NCBI GenBank assembly: GCA_949295325.1
Contig: CASFKG010000001.1
Coordinates: 391,928-455,927 of the forward strand
Direction: 5' to 3'
From: an uncultured bacterium
GTDB lineage: Bacteria > Bacillota_I > Bacilli_A > RFN20 > CAG-826
DNA: 64,000 nt
Shown here piece by piece: positions 33,262 through 42,738 of this stretch. Numbering within the stretch: position 1 is the first letter of the stretch; each line of letters opens with the position of its first letter. The notes beneath the pieces were generated by a model. That model saw only the letters and a list, made by a program, of their open reading frames with translations. It did no database searches and was not told where the DNA came from. A program made the translations under genes and the position numbers.

Positions 33262-33320
33262 TCTGTCCTCCTAAGACAAATTAGGGGTGGAACCACCCCA
33301 ACGGCGAAACTATAACACGG

Positions 33321-34982
33321 TTGCTTTCTTCAAAGAAGAAGGATAACCGGAACATTTGCCTACAAAGACCTTCCGGGACGTATAAAATGGTCTCTATGGA
33401 AAATAACGGAAACGACTCTCCCTTGGTCCTGACGGTCGACTTCGGCACGCAGAGCGTCAGGGTCACCCTGTTCAACAAGAAGGGGGCAGCGGTTGTGATG
33501 GAGCGGGAAAAGTACGATCCGCCCTATTTTTCGAAGGAGCCCAACTTCGCCGAGCAGGATCCCGAGGTCTACTATGCCTGCCTATGCAGGTGTTGCAGGA
33601 AGATAGCTTCGGAGCATGCCACCTTATTAAATAGGGCGAAGGCGATGACCCTTACCTGTTTCAGGGACTCAGCGGTCACCCTCGACAAGGACTATAAACT
33701 CGTCCGGCCGATGATACTTTGGCTCGACCAAAGGGTCGCGAAATGTTCGAAAAAGCTGCCGGTTATTTCCAGACTGCTTTTCTCCATAGTCGGAATGCTT
33801 CCTACCGCGGAGCTGAACCGCGAGAGATCGATGGCCAATTGGATCAAGGAACACGAACCGGAAAATTATGCAAAAATCGCCCATTACATATCGGTTTCCA
33901 CATATTTCACTTGGAAATTGACGGGGATAATGAAGGACTGTGCCAGCAACTATGCCGGCCACTACCCCATCGATTTCAAGAAAAAGAAGTTCTACCGTTC
34001 CCCCGAACGCCATTTGAAAGGGCAGATATTCGGAGTCAAGAAAGAGTGGCTGCCGGAACTCGTGAAGGAAGGGGCATTCATCGGGAAAATAACTCCGAAG
34101 GCAGCTGAGGAAACCGGTCTCCCGGAAGGGTTGCCTTTCTATGCCGGCGGAAGTGATAAATCCTGTGAGACCCTGGGACTCGGGGTAATCGACGACAGGG
34201 ACGTCGCTATCAGTTGCGGCACCGCATCCACGATCGAGACGACCGTGAAAAAATACATACCATCCGAGCCGTTTTTGCCTGGGTATGCCGCTTGTCTTGA
34301 CGGATATTACAACATGGATATCCAGATTTACCGCGGATATTGGATGATCAACTGGTTCTTAAAGGAATTCGGGGCCCAGCCAATCGAAGACCTCATAATC
34401 TCCCAGACCAACGCAGACGAGTTCAATAAAAAGCTCTCCAATGTACCCCCGGGATGCGACGGCTTGGTGCTTCAGCCCTATTGGGGACCGGGCCTTTCCA
34501 GGCCTCTGGCCAAAGGGGCGATAATCGGGTTCAGCGACGTCGTTACCCAAGAACATCTTTACCGGGCCATAATCGAAGGAATCGGCTATGCCTTGCGGGA
34601 AGGGATGGAGCGCTTTGCCAAGAAGCTCGGCCATTCCTTCGGGAACATCCGTATATCCGGCGGCGGTAGCCAGTCAGACGAAGTCTGCCAAATCACCAGC
34701 GACATTTTCGGTATGCCGGTTAAACGGGTGCAGACGAGCGAAACCTCTTCTTTGGGCGCGGCAATATGCGCCTTTCTCGCCATAGGCGAGTTCAACAGCG
34801 TCGAGGAAGCCGTCTTCAACATGGTGCACGAAAAGGAGACTTTCAGGCCCAATCCCGAAAACAAGAAGATTTACGATTATCTTTTCTACAACGCCTACGA
34901 ACTCATCTACCCCCGCCTCAGGACGATTTACGGGAACATCAAGGAGTTCAACATCGAACACACCCGCAAGCTCAAGGGCTAG
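33321..34982 (+). CDS. FGGY-family carbohydrate kinase (xylulokinase/ribulokinase-like)
   Basis: N-terminal ...LVLTVDFGTQSVRVTLF... actin-fold kinase motif. The start could instead be Met23 at 33387. Confidence 0.85.
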   Translation: MLSSKKKDNRNICLQRPSGTYKMVSMENNGNDSPLVLTVDFGTQSVRVTLFNKKGAAVVMEREKYDPPYFSKEPNFAEQDPEVYYACLCRCCRKIASEHATLLNRAKAMTLTCFRDSAVTLDKDYKLVRPMILWLDQRVAKCSKKLPVISRLLFSIVGMLPTAELNRERSMANWIKEHEPENYAKIAHYISVSTYFTWKLTGIMKDCASNYAGHYPIDFKKKKFYRSPERHLKGQIFGVKKEWLPELVKEGAFIGKITPKAAEETGLPEGLPFYAGGSDKSCETLGLGVIDDRDVAISCGTASTIETTVKKYIPSEPFLPGYAACLDGYYNMDIQIYRGYWMINWFLKEFGAQPIEDLIISQTNADEFNKKLSNVPPGCDGLVLQPYWGPGLSRPLAKGAIIGFSDVVTQEHLYRAIIEGIGYALREGMERFAKKLGHSFGNIRISGGGSQSDEVCQITSDIFGMPVKRVQTSETSSLGAAICAFLAIGEFNSVEEAVFNMVHEKETFRPNPENKKIYDYLFYNAYELIYPRLRTIYGNIKEFNIEHTRKLKG

Positions 34983-35548
34983 TAGGACAACAGTTTCATG
35001 CAGGCCGCTTTGTTGAAGGCGGCCTTTTTGCTTTCCCTCAATCTAAGCAGATATCCTATCAGGTAGTCGAAAACCGCACGGCTTTTTTCCGCATAATCCC
35101 CATAGGGGATAAGTTCTTCCCTGGCCGCCTGTTCGAGCAATTGGGACATGGCCGATAACGGCTCGGGCCCGAATTGCCGGTTGTCTTTGTCCTTCCGCAA
35201 GTCCCGTCTAAGTTCAAACAGGGCGAAGTTTATTTCCCTATCGCTCAAATCGCGGTTTTCGAAAAACGAAGTTACCATCCCGAGACCTTCCAAGGAGCCG
35301 GAACGTTGTGCCCTTGCCCAGGCAATGGTGTGCATCTTTTCCTTGGCCTTTGCCAAAGCGGAGATGAGTTCTTCCCTGTTTCCGAAATAATGGTAGGCCA
35401 GTCCGTGGCTCGCGCCGGCGGTTTTGCCGAGTTCGTTGAAGGTAAGGCCACCCAGGCCTTTTTCGGAAATTATCAGGAAAGCGGCTTCGAGCAGGCTTTC
35501 CTTCCTTGCTTCCTTGATTTTCCTGTTCGCTAGACTCGTCCTTGGCAT
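34979..35548 (-). CDS. TetR/AcrR-family transcriptional regulator
   Basis: N-terminal HTH ...GLTFNELGKTAGASHGLAYHYF.... 189 aa. Confidence 0.8.
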   Translation of the reverse strand: MPRTSLANRKIKEARKESLLEAAFLIISEKGLGGLTFNELGKTAGASHGLAYHYFGNREELISALAKAKEKMHTIAWARAQRSGSLEGLGMVTSFFENRDLSDREINFALFELRRDLRKDKDNRQFGPEPLSAMSQLLEQAAREELIPYGDYAEKSRAVFDYLIGYLLRLRESKKAAFNKAACMKLLSY

Positions 35549-35596
35549 CGCGAATATTCTAAAACACTTCCGGCTTCGTGGTAGAATGGCCCGACC

Positions 35597-36133
35597 ATGA
35601 AAACGGTAGTCCTTTACAAAAGCCGCACCGGCAATACCCAGAGATACGCCGAAGACATCGCTAGGCGCGTGAACGGCGAAGTCTATCCGTTGAAGAAAGG
35701 CTGGCTTAAAAAGATCGAGGATGCCGACTGCATCGTTTTTGGCGGCTACGTACAGGCCGGAATCATCGCCGGCCTAGACGATTTTTTGAGCGAATTCGAG
35801 CGCTTCAGCGACGTACCGATCCTGATATTCGCGGTAGGAATGGCCTACCCCACGAAGGAAGGCAGGCAGGATCTCATCACCGGGAACCTCTTGGACATGT
35901 ATCATGTGCGCTTCTACCAGGTTCAAGGCGGGTTCGATTTAAACAAACTCGGTTTATTCAACCGCCTGATGATGAAAAGGACCCTTTCGGCGATGGCTGG
36001 AAAGGAAGACGCAACCGCGGCGGAAAGGAGCCTCGGCGATTTGCTTAACCGTCCGCTCGCCGTCTACGACCATGAGAAAATCGACAAGATAGTAAGCGTC
36101 ATCAATACCCTTTCGCTGGAGGCCAAGGCGTGA
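35597..36133 (+). CDS. flavodoxin-like protein
   Basis: MKTVVLYKSRTGNTQRYAEDIA... FMN-binding flavodoxin N-terminus. 178 aa. Confidence 0.75.
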   Translation: MKTVVLYKSRTGNTQRYAEDIARRVNGEVYPLKKGWLKKIEDADCIVFGGYVQAGIIAGLDDFLSEFERFSDVPILIFAVGMAYPTKEGRQDLITGNLLDMYHVRFYQVQGGFDLNKLGLFNRLMMKRTLSAMAGKEDATAAERSLGDLLNRPLAVYDHEKIDKIVSVINTLSLEAKA

Positions 36134-36690
36134 TTCTCGTCGCGGGACTGGGAAATCCCGGAAGGGAGTACGAAGGAACCCGGCACAACATGGGGTACAT
36201 GGCGGTCGATGCCCTTGCCGATGATTTGTCGCTCAGCTTCGACAAAAAGGATTTTAAAGGAATATATTGCCGTTATAGGAATCCTGAGTTAGACGATGAT
36301 GTAATTTTGCTGAAACCAGAAACTTTCATGAATCTATCCGGAGAAAGCGTCCAAGCTTGTGCATCTTTCTTTAAAATTCCATTAGATAAGATTGTTGTCG
36401 TCTATGACGACATGGCTATAAACCCCGGGCATATCCGCCTTAGGAAGGATGGTTCCTCGGGTGGCCACAAAGGCATGGGCGACATCATAAACAAGATGGG
36501 TACCGCCAATATAAAAAGGATTAGAATCGGCATCGGGGAACCGGCGTTCAACCCCGTCGACTTCGTCTTGGGCAAGCCGAAGGGGGACGAGCTTGCCTTA
36601 TGCGAACAGGGCATCGATTTGGCCAAGAAAGCCATCAAGGATTACCTGTTACGTGGTTTCGACCACGCAATGAATGCCTATAATCGGTAA
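36130..36690 (+). CDS. pth: peptidyl-tRNA hydrolase
   Basis: ILVAGLGNPGREYEGTRHNMG... canonical Pth N-terminus. 186 aa. Confidence 0.92.
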   Translation: MILVAGLGNPGREYEGTRHNMGYMAVDALADDLSLSFDKKDFKGIYCRYRNPELDDDVILLKPETFMNLSGESVQACASFFKIPLDKIVVVYDDMAINPGHIRLRKDGSSGGHKGMGDIINKMGTANIKRIRIGIGEPAFNPVDFVLGKPKGDELALCEQGIDLAKKAIKDYLLRGFDHAMNAYNR

Positions 36691-36734
36691 GGGGGCTATT
36701 TATAGAACTCCTAAAGATACTTACTGATGCCGGT

Positions 36735-39700
36735 TTGACCTCCCCCCTCCATGGCGGCAGGGGGCGTTTCGTCGTGGACGAGACGGCCGGCCTAGCGCCG
36801 CTTCTTGCCGCGGAGTTTAGCAAATACCGCCGTCCTTTCGCCGTGGTTGCCACCACCCTGTATTCAGCCGAAAAACTTTATACTTCGTTGCTCGATTACC
36901 TGAAGGAAGAGGAGGTCGTCTATTTTCCGGCGGATGAACTTCTCAGGGCCGAGGCGATTACCTCCGGAAAAGAATTCCTTGCCCAAAGGCTATATGCCCT
37001 TTCGAGGCTTTTGGATAAATCCCCTAAGGTACTGGTTACCCATCCGGCGGCGCTTCTCCGTTACCAAAGCGACCCCAAGGTATTCGGCGAGTCGGTCGTA
37101 AGGCTGAAGGTCGGGGACCATTACGATATTTCCAAACTCAAGGCCGAGCTCTCGAGCCTTGGCTATACCAGGGTCGATAAAATCGACCAAAGTCTCCAAT
37201 TCGCTTCGAGGGGCGACATCGTCGACTTCTTTTCCGTAAGCGACGAGGCCCCGACGAGAATCGAGTTTTTCGATGACGAAGTGGAATCGATACGCAGTTT
37301 CGACGTGGCAACCCAGGTATCAAAAAACGAGCTAAAGGAAGCCGTGGCGATGCCTGGCTCCGACATGGTACTAAGCGAAGACGAACTGGCCGACTTCGCA
37401 AGGCGCATAACCGAACTAGGCAAGAGGGATTCAGATACCATGCCGGGCGAGATGGCAAGGGAATTCAATGCCAGGATTTCCGATGCCATAAGCGCCTATA
37501 TTGAGAGACGCTACGACCCAAAACTGTACAAATACTTTGGATTTGCGGTGAATAAACCGTGGTCGGTTTTGGATTATTTCTCGCCTGATTTTGTATTTAT
37601 CGCCAACAAAACCCACTTCGAACAATCGGTTTCATCTTTGATTAGCGAAGCCGATAGATATTACGGCGAACTCAGGGAAAGGCTGCTCATACCGGCGGGA
37701 CTGGAACAATACATGAATCCCGCCAAGGCCCTCAAGGACAAGGAAGTCATCTATAGCGAGCGCTTTGCCAAAAGCAGGGACGAGGAAGTAATAGATCTTA
37801 AGCCAATCGTTTCCAACGGCCACGGCCTTGCCGCGATAGCCAACACCATCAAGGCCTACTCCGATCCGGCCTACCGTACCGTTTTGTGCATCAGCCAGCC
37901 TCATGAACGGGAAGTCGTTGCCGGGCTGCTAAAGGAGAACTCATACGAATATAGGGAAATAAAAGGCCTCGATATACCGGAAGGCCCGGGAATATACGTA
38001 AGTTCCTATCCCATTTCCGCTGGATTCGAGTCCCCCGGGCTCAAGCTCGCGGTAATTTCCTCCTATGAATTATTCGGACGGCAAGGCGGCCGAAGGGTCA
38101 ATTCGAGATTTAGGGAAGCCACGGTTTTGAAATCGTACGAAGACCTCCATCCCGGCGACTACGTCGTCCACGAATATAACGGCATCGGACAGTTCCTCGG
38201 GGTTTCCACCTTGGAGACCAACGGGCGCCATCGCGACTACCTGACCATCATCTACGCGGACAACAACAAACTCTATGTCCCCTTGGAACAATTCAGGCTG
38301 GTAAGGAAATATGCCGGACGCGAAGGTGCGGCGCCAAAGCTAAGCCGCCTATATAGCAAGGATTGGGAAAAGCGTAAGGCCAAAATCCAGGAAAAGGTCA
38401 ACGAACTGGCCGAACGCCTGATGGCCCTTTATAGCGAACGGGCCAAAATCGACGGCTTTGCCTTCAAACCAGATAGTCCCAGGCAAGAAAGATTCGAGGC
38501 GGAATTCCCCCACGAACTAACTCCTGACCAGAAGAGGTCGCTCGAAGAGATAAAACACGATATGGAAGCCCCGGAGGTCATGGACCGTCTCCTCTGCGGT
38601 GACGTGGGATTTGGGAAAACCGAAGTGGCTTTCAGGGCCGCTTTCAAGGCACTCGACAACGGGAAACAGGTAGCCTTGCTCTGCCCGACAACCCTGCTCG
38701 CCAGACAACACTACGAAGTGGCGCTGGAGAGGTTTGCCGGCTATTACGGAAAGGAACAGATCGCCCATCTTTCGAGGCTCGTAAAGCCAAACGACCAAAA
38801 AACTATAATTTCAGGTCTAAAAGATGGGAAAGTACGCTTGGTGATAGGTACGCACAGGCTACTTAGCAAAGAAATAGAATTCCAAGACTTAGGGCTTCTC
38901 ATCATTGATGAGGAACAGAGGTTCGGGGTCGAGCAAAAAGAAAAAATAAAGGAACTAAAGAAGAATGTTGACGTCCTAAGTCTCTCCGCTACGCCGATTC
39001 CTAGGACCCTCCAGATGTCCCTGCTTGGAATAAGACCGCTTAGCGAAATCAATACGGCTCCCAGCGAGCGGACCCCGGTCGAAACCTACGTTGCCCCCTA
39101 TAACGAGGATATAGCCGTGGAACTTCTCTCCCGCGAAATCGCTAGGCACGGCCAAGCCTACTACGTTCACAATGTCATCGATTCGATTTACGGGAAGGCC
39201 GCTTCTTTGAATAGGCGCCTTCCGGCGGCTTCTTTCGGCGTGGTCCACGGAAAGATGGACAAATCGGAAACCGAAGACGTCATGAACGACTTTTACGACG
39301 GGAAGATCGACGTGTTGGTCGCCACTTCCATAATCGAAAACGGAATCGATGTGCCCAACGCCAATTTGCTCATAGTCGAGGATGCCGACCACTTCGGATT
39401 GAGCCAGCTTTATCAGATAAAGGGGCGTGTCGGCCGCAGCAACCGCATGGCCTATGCCTACCTTTTCTACCGCCCCGAGAAGAACATGAACGAAGACGCG
39501 GTCAAGCGGCTTCAGGCCATACAGGAATTCTCGGAATTGGGAAGCGGATACAAAATCGCCCAGCGGGACCTGCTCATCCGCGGGGCCGGGGATATCCTCG
39601 GCCCGGAGCAGGCCGGGTTCATCGATTCCATCGGTCTCGATCTCTATCTGAAGATGCTTAACGAAGCCATCGAGGAAAGGAAATCCGGAGTCAAAAAAGA

Positions 39701-40169
39701 AGAGCCAAAGCCCGTCACCGTCTTCGATATCGATGCCTATATCCCGAAGGATTTTGCCTCCGAGGAAGACCGCATCGCCATATATCAGGAGCTCGGCTCC
39801 ATCGATAGTCTCAAGGAAATCCGGAAGTACGTGGCCAAGCTGAAAGACATACACGGCCGGCTGCCGAAAGAAGTGGAACTTCTGGTGGAAAAAAGAAAGG
39901 TGGATATCTTGGCCACGAAGCCGGCTTTCGAGTCGCTCGAAGAAACGAAGGCCTACGTGGATGTCACATTGAGTTCCGCGTTTACTTCCATTTCCGGGAT
40001 AGGCACCGACCTTTTTTCCGCGATGGTCCCCTACCTATCTAACATCCGCATGACCTATATCGACAAAAAACTGAAACTCAGATATACGAAAAGCAGGGCT
40101 TGGCTTAGGGATCTTCAGAACATTCTTAGCATCATAGAAGAACTTTATGAAAGCAAAAAGAATCCGTAA
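36735..40169 (+). CDS. mfd: transcription-repair coupling factor
   Basis: 1144 aa with a UvrB-homology N-terminal region, an RNAP-interaction domain and an SF2 helicase core (GDVGFGKTEVA, DEEQRFG). Lies downstream of pth. Confidence 0.95.
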   Translation: MTSPLHGGRGRFVVDETAGLAPLLAAEFSKYRRPFAVVATTLYSAEKLYTSLLDYLKEEEVVYFPADELLRAEAITSGKEFLAQRLYALSRLLDKSPKVLVTHPAALLRYQSDPKVFGESVVRLKVGDHYDISKLKAELSSLGYTRVDKIDQSLQFASRGDIVDFFSVSDEAPTRIEFFDDEVESIRSFDVATQVSKNELKEAVAMPGSDMVLSEDELADFARRITELGKRDSDTMPGEMAREFNARISDAISAYIERRYDPKLYKYFGFAVNKPWSVLDYFSPDFVFIANKTHFEQSVSSLISEADRYYGELRERLLIPAGLEQYMNPAKALKDKEVIYSERFAKSRDEEVIDLKPIVSNGHGLAAIANTIKAYSDPAYRTVLCISQPHEREVVAGLLKENSYEYREIKGLDIPEGPGIYVSSYPISAGFESPGLKLAVISSYELFGRQGGRRVNSRFREATVLKSYEDLHPGDYVVHEYNGIGQFLGVSTLETNGRHRDYLTIIYADNNKLYVPLEQFRLVRKYAGREGAAPKLSRLYSKDWEKRKAKIQEKVNELAERLMALYSERAKIDGFAFKPDSPRQERFEAEFPHELTPDQKRSLEEIKHDMEAPEVMDRLLCGDVGFGKTEVAFRAAFKALDNGKQVALLCPTTLLARQHYEVALERFAGYYGKEQIAHLSRLVKPNDQKTIISGLKDGKVRLVIGTHRLLSKEIEFQDLGLLIIDEEQRFGVEQKEKIKELKKNVDVLSLSATPIPRTLQMSLLGIRPLSEINTAPSERTPVETYVAPYNEDIAVELLSREIARHGQAYYVHNVIDSIYGKAASLNRRLPAASFGVVHGKMDKSETEDVMNDFYDGKIDVLVATSIIENGIDVPNANLLIVEDADHFGLSQLYQIKGRVGRSNRMAYAYLFYRPEKNMNEDAVKRLQAIQEFSELGSGYKIAQRDLLIRGAGDILGPEQAGFIDSIGLDLYLKMLNEAIEERKSGVKKEEPKPVTVFDIDAYIPKDFASEEDRIAIYQELGSIDSLKEIRKYVAKLKDIHGRLPKEVELLVEKRKVDILATKPAFESLEETKAYVDVTLSSAFTSISGIGTDLFSAMVPYLSNIRMTYIDKKLKLRYTKSRAWLRDLQNILSIIEELYESKKNP

Positions 40170-40321
40170 GGATATGCTTTTTTGACCCTTTTTAACGGCA
40201 TTTGTCTATTTTTGTATGTGTCCAACCAAGCAAAAAACTCCCGAATCCCCTAACGTTTTTTGCCGGTTTGTCTAGAATTTTTCCTTATGGTGCTCAAATG
40301 CATATCGATAAATTTGAATTG

Positions 40322-40343
40322 CATTTGTAAGCCCTTACAAATG
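40322..40343. promoter_or_regulatory. cre-like 22-bp palindrome (CATTTGTAAG-CC-CTTACAAATG), putative CcpA/LacI-family operator
   Basis: Perfect 10-bp inverted arms. The core TGTAAGCCCTTACA matches the cre consensus TGWAANCGNTNWCA except at the central CG. An extra half-site CAAATGCA lies at 40295-40302. Confidence 0.5.
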
Positions 40344-40376
40344 TTTGAGACTTTTAATGAGATAGAGGAATAGATT

Positions 40377-41810
40377 ATGGATAAGAAGACTCCCCTCCCG
40401 CTTCTATTGGCATTGGGTTCCTTGATTTTGGTGGGCTGCACGAATTCAAACCGCGATGACACCGGCACCGAAACCACGAGCGAATCGAGCATCGACCTCG
40501 ATATAAACGACCTTGACTACATCCTTGATAAATACGACGAGGCCGGATATCAGTACTCCTATTCAGGGGAACCGTGCACCATAACGATGACCCACTGGGA
40601 CTCTTCCGGTGCTTCCGTCGAAAGGGCCGTCATCGAAGCAATGCTGCAGGGCTTCGAGGCCAGATATCCTGACATAAAGGTCATATTGGAAATTTTTCCA
40701 AGTTACGAAGAAACATACGGCAACAACCTCGTTGCCAACAAGGTTACCGACGTCTTCCTGGTTCCGGACGGCGCCTTCACTTCCTGGGCTGGATTCAACA
40801 AGATGGTGAACCTCGACCCTTACATAGCTGCCTCCACCTTGGTCACGCCGGAAGACATGTTCCCGAGCGTCATTTCCCGTTATCAGTACAACTCTGCCGA
40901 GCAGAAAGCCGGCTCGGGTGTCCAACTTGCCCTTCCCAAGGACGTCGGTCCTTACGTCATGTTCTATAACAAGGACCACTTCGACGAGATGGGCGTTGAC
41001 TATCCGCCCGATGACCGGATCATGACCATCGACGAAGCCATCGACATGTGGACCGCCCTTACCAAATACGATTCGGACGGCAACACATCGCGTTACGCGT
41101 TGGGCGGCATCGGTCCCGAAGGACTCGTCTGGAGCGCCGGCGGCGACTTCCTCAACGAAACGCGCGACGCCTTCCCGACTTCCGAAAGCGACCTGAACGG
41201 CCTCCGCCGCGGATACCAGTTCCTCCAGGACGCCTATTTGACGACGAAGATCATGCCTCCCAACGAGTGGACCGCCGGCACCGACGCCGAAACGCTTTTC
41301 TCCATGCAGAGGATTTCCACGCTCGTCGCCGGGCGCTGGAACGTCACCTCCTTCCGTAGCCTTGGCTTCGATTGGGACGTCGCCTACGTTCCGGCTTTCG
41401 AAGTAGATCCTGTCAAAAACATGTATAGCGGTTCCGTCGGCTATGCCGTTTTCAACGGAAGCCAGCACATCGAAGCGGCTTGGAAACTGGTCGAGTACAT
41501 CGCTTCGCCGGAAGGACAGGAAATTCTTTCGGCGACCGGTTTCCAAATCCCCTGCTACTACGAACTGGCCAAGTCCGAAGACGTCAGGGCCCGGGAAGCC
41601 GACCTGTTTGGTTACGAGAACTACGATGTCTTCGTCGAGAGTGCACAGAACCAGTCCTACGGCCTCTGGCAGTACCGTTCAAATATTCGTTGGAAGACCT
41701 TGGGCTACGACACCGTTTCGGAGCGTCTCTTCAGTACCGATCCTTCGACCCGTTATACCGTCGACGAATTCCTGAATGTCGCCAGGACTGAGGTTAACAA
41801 ATACCTATAA
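40377..41810 (+). CDS. ABC sugar transporter substrate-binding lipoprotein (family-1 SBP)
   Basis: Lipobox LILVGCTNS and a 477-aa extracellular solute-binding fold, followed by two MalFG-type permeases. Confidence 0.85.
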   Translation: MDKKTPLPLLLALGSLILVGCTNSNRDDTGTETTSESSIDLDINDLDYILDKYDEAGYQYSYSGEPCTITMTHWDSSGASVERAVIEAMLQGFEARYPDIKVILEIFPSYEETYGNNLVANKVTDVFLVPDGAFTSWAGFNKMVNLDPYIAASTLVTPEDMFPSVISRYQYNSAEQKAGSGVQLALPKDVGPYVMFYNKDHFDEMGVDYPPDDRIMTIDEAIDMWTALTKYDSDGNTSRYALGGIGPEGLVWSAGGDFLNETRDAFPTSESDLNGLRRGYQFLQDAYLTTKIMPPNEWTAGTDAETLFSMQRISTLVAGRWNVTSFRSLGFDWDVAYVPAFEVDPVKNMYSGSVGYAVFNGSQHIEAAWKLVEYIASPEGQEILSATGFQIPCYYELAKSEDVRAREADLFGYENYDVFVESAQNQSYGLWQYRSNIRWKTLGYDTVSERLFSTDPSTRYTVDEFLNVARTEVNKYL

Positions 41811-41829
41811 GCGCTAATGCGGTGAAACC

Positions 41830-42738
41830 ATGGTCAAAGCGAAAATAAGCCGCAAAACTAAGAAGAAAATCGATGCCTTGGAGGGCATGGCCTTTGCCGC
41901 GCCCCTTGTTATAGGTTTGCTTCTGTTTCTGGCATTTCCTTTGGTTTATGCGGTGATAATTTCCTTCACCGACTATACCTTTGCCACCGCGAACTCGTTT
42001 AATTTCATAGGATTCCAGAACTACATCGATGCCTTCAACGACCACTACTTCGTGAGGTCGCTGCTGAATGCCCTGATCAACTGCATAGGCGTTCCCATCG
42101 GAATGGCTCTTGCCTTGGTGCTTTCCGTCTTCCTCACGAAGATAAAGTGCTTCTCCAGCTTCTTCCGCTCGGTCCTTTATATCCCTACCGTCTGCGGCGC
42201 TGTCGCCATTACCTTCATTTGGAGTTGGATGTACCAGCCTCTTTACGGACTTATCGCCCAGCTCGGTAATGTTCTGGGTTGGGGGACCATCAATTTCCTG
42301 GGCGAAGACCTCTTTCTTCCTTCCATGATAGCGATGGGCATCTGGTCGGGGCTTGGAACGTCGATATTGCTGCTTTACGCGGCTCTCAAAAACGTACCCA
42401 AAGCCTTGTACGAAGCCGCCCAGGTCGACGGTGCCAACGCCGTTCAGCAGTTCTTCCACATAACGCTGCCGGCGGTCAGTCCCATCACTTTCTACATACT
42501 ACTCACCGGCATATCCGGTTCCTTCCAGGACTTCACCCGCTTCCAGGTCATGCGGGGCGACCAGATAACCGATTGGTCGATAATGCCGGTCTGGTACATA
42601 TACAAATACACTACCAACGCCTTCAACTACGAAGCCGGTTATGCCTGCGCGATGGGCATAATACTCGGATTGATCCTCCTCGCTTTTTCAGCCGTCCAGT
42701 TCGTGGCCAGCCGCTATTGGGTACATTACGATGAGTAA
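41830..42738 (+). CDS. ABC sugar transporter permease (MalF/UgpA-type)
   Basis: 6-TM protein with an EAA-loop region (...LYEAAQVDGAN...). Confidence 0.85.
   Translation: MVKAKISRKTKKKIDALEGMAFAAPLVIGLLLFLAFPLVYAVIISFTDYTFATANSFNFIGFQNYIDAFNDHYFVRSLLNALINCIGVPIGMALALVLSVFLTKIKCFSSFFRSVLYIPTVCGAVAITFIWSWMYQPLYGLIAQLGNVLGWGTINFLGEDLFLPSMIAMGIWSGLGTSILLLYAALKNVPKALYEAAQVDGANAVQQFFHITLPAVSPITFYILLTGISGSFQDFTRFQVMRGDQITDWSIMPVWYIYKYTTNAFNYEAGYACAMGIILGLILLAFSAVQFVASRYWVHYDE

Noticed and set aside
40563-41546. 327-aa minus-strand ORF opposite the sugar-binding lipoprotein
   Set aside because: Antisense to a protein with a clear lipobox and solute-binding fold. Arg/Gly/Val-rich translation.
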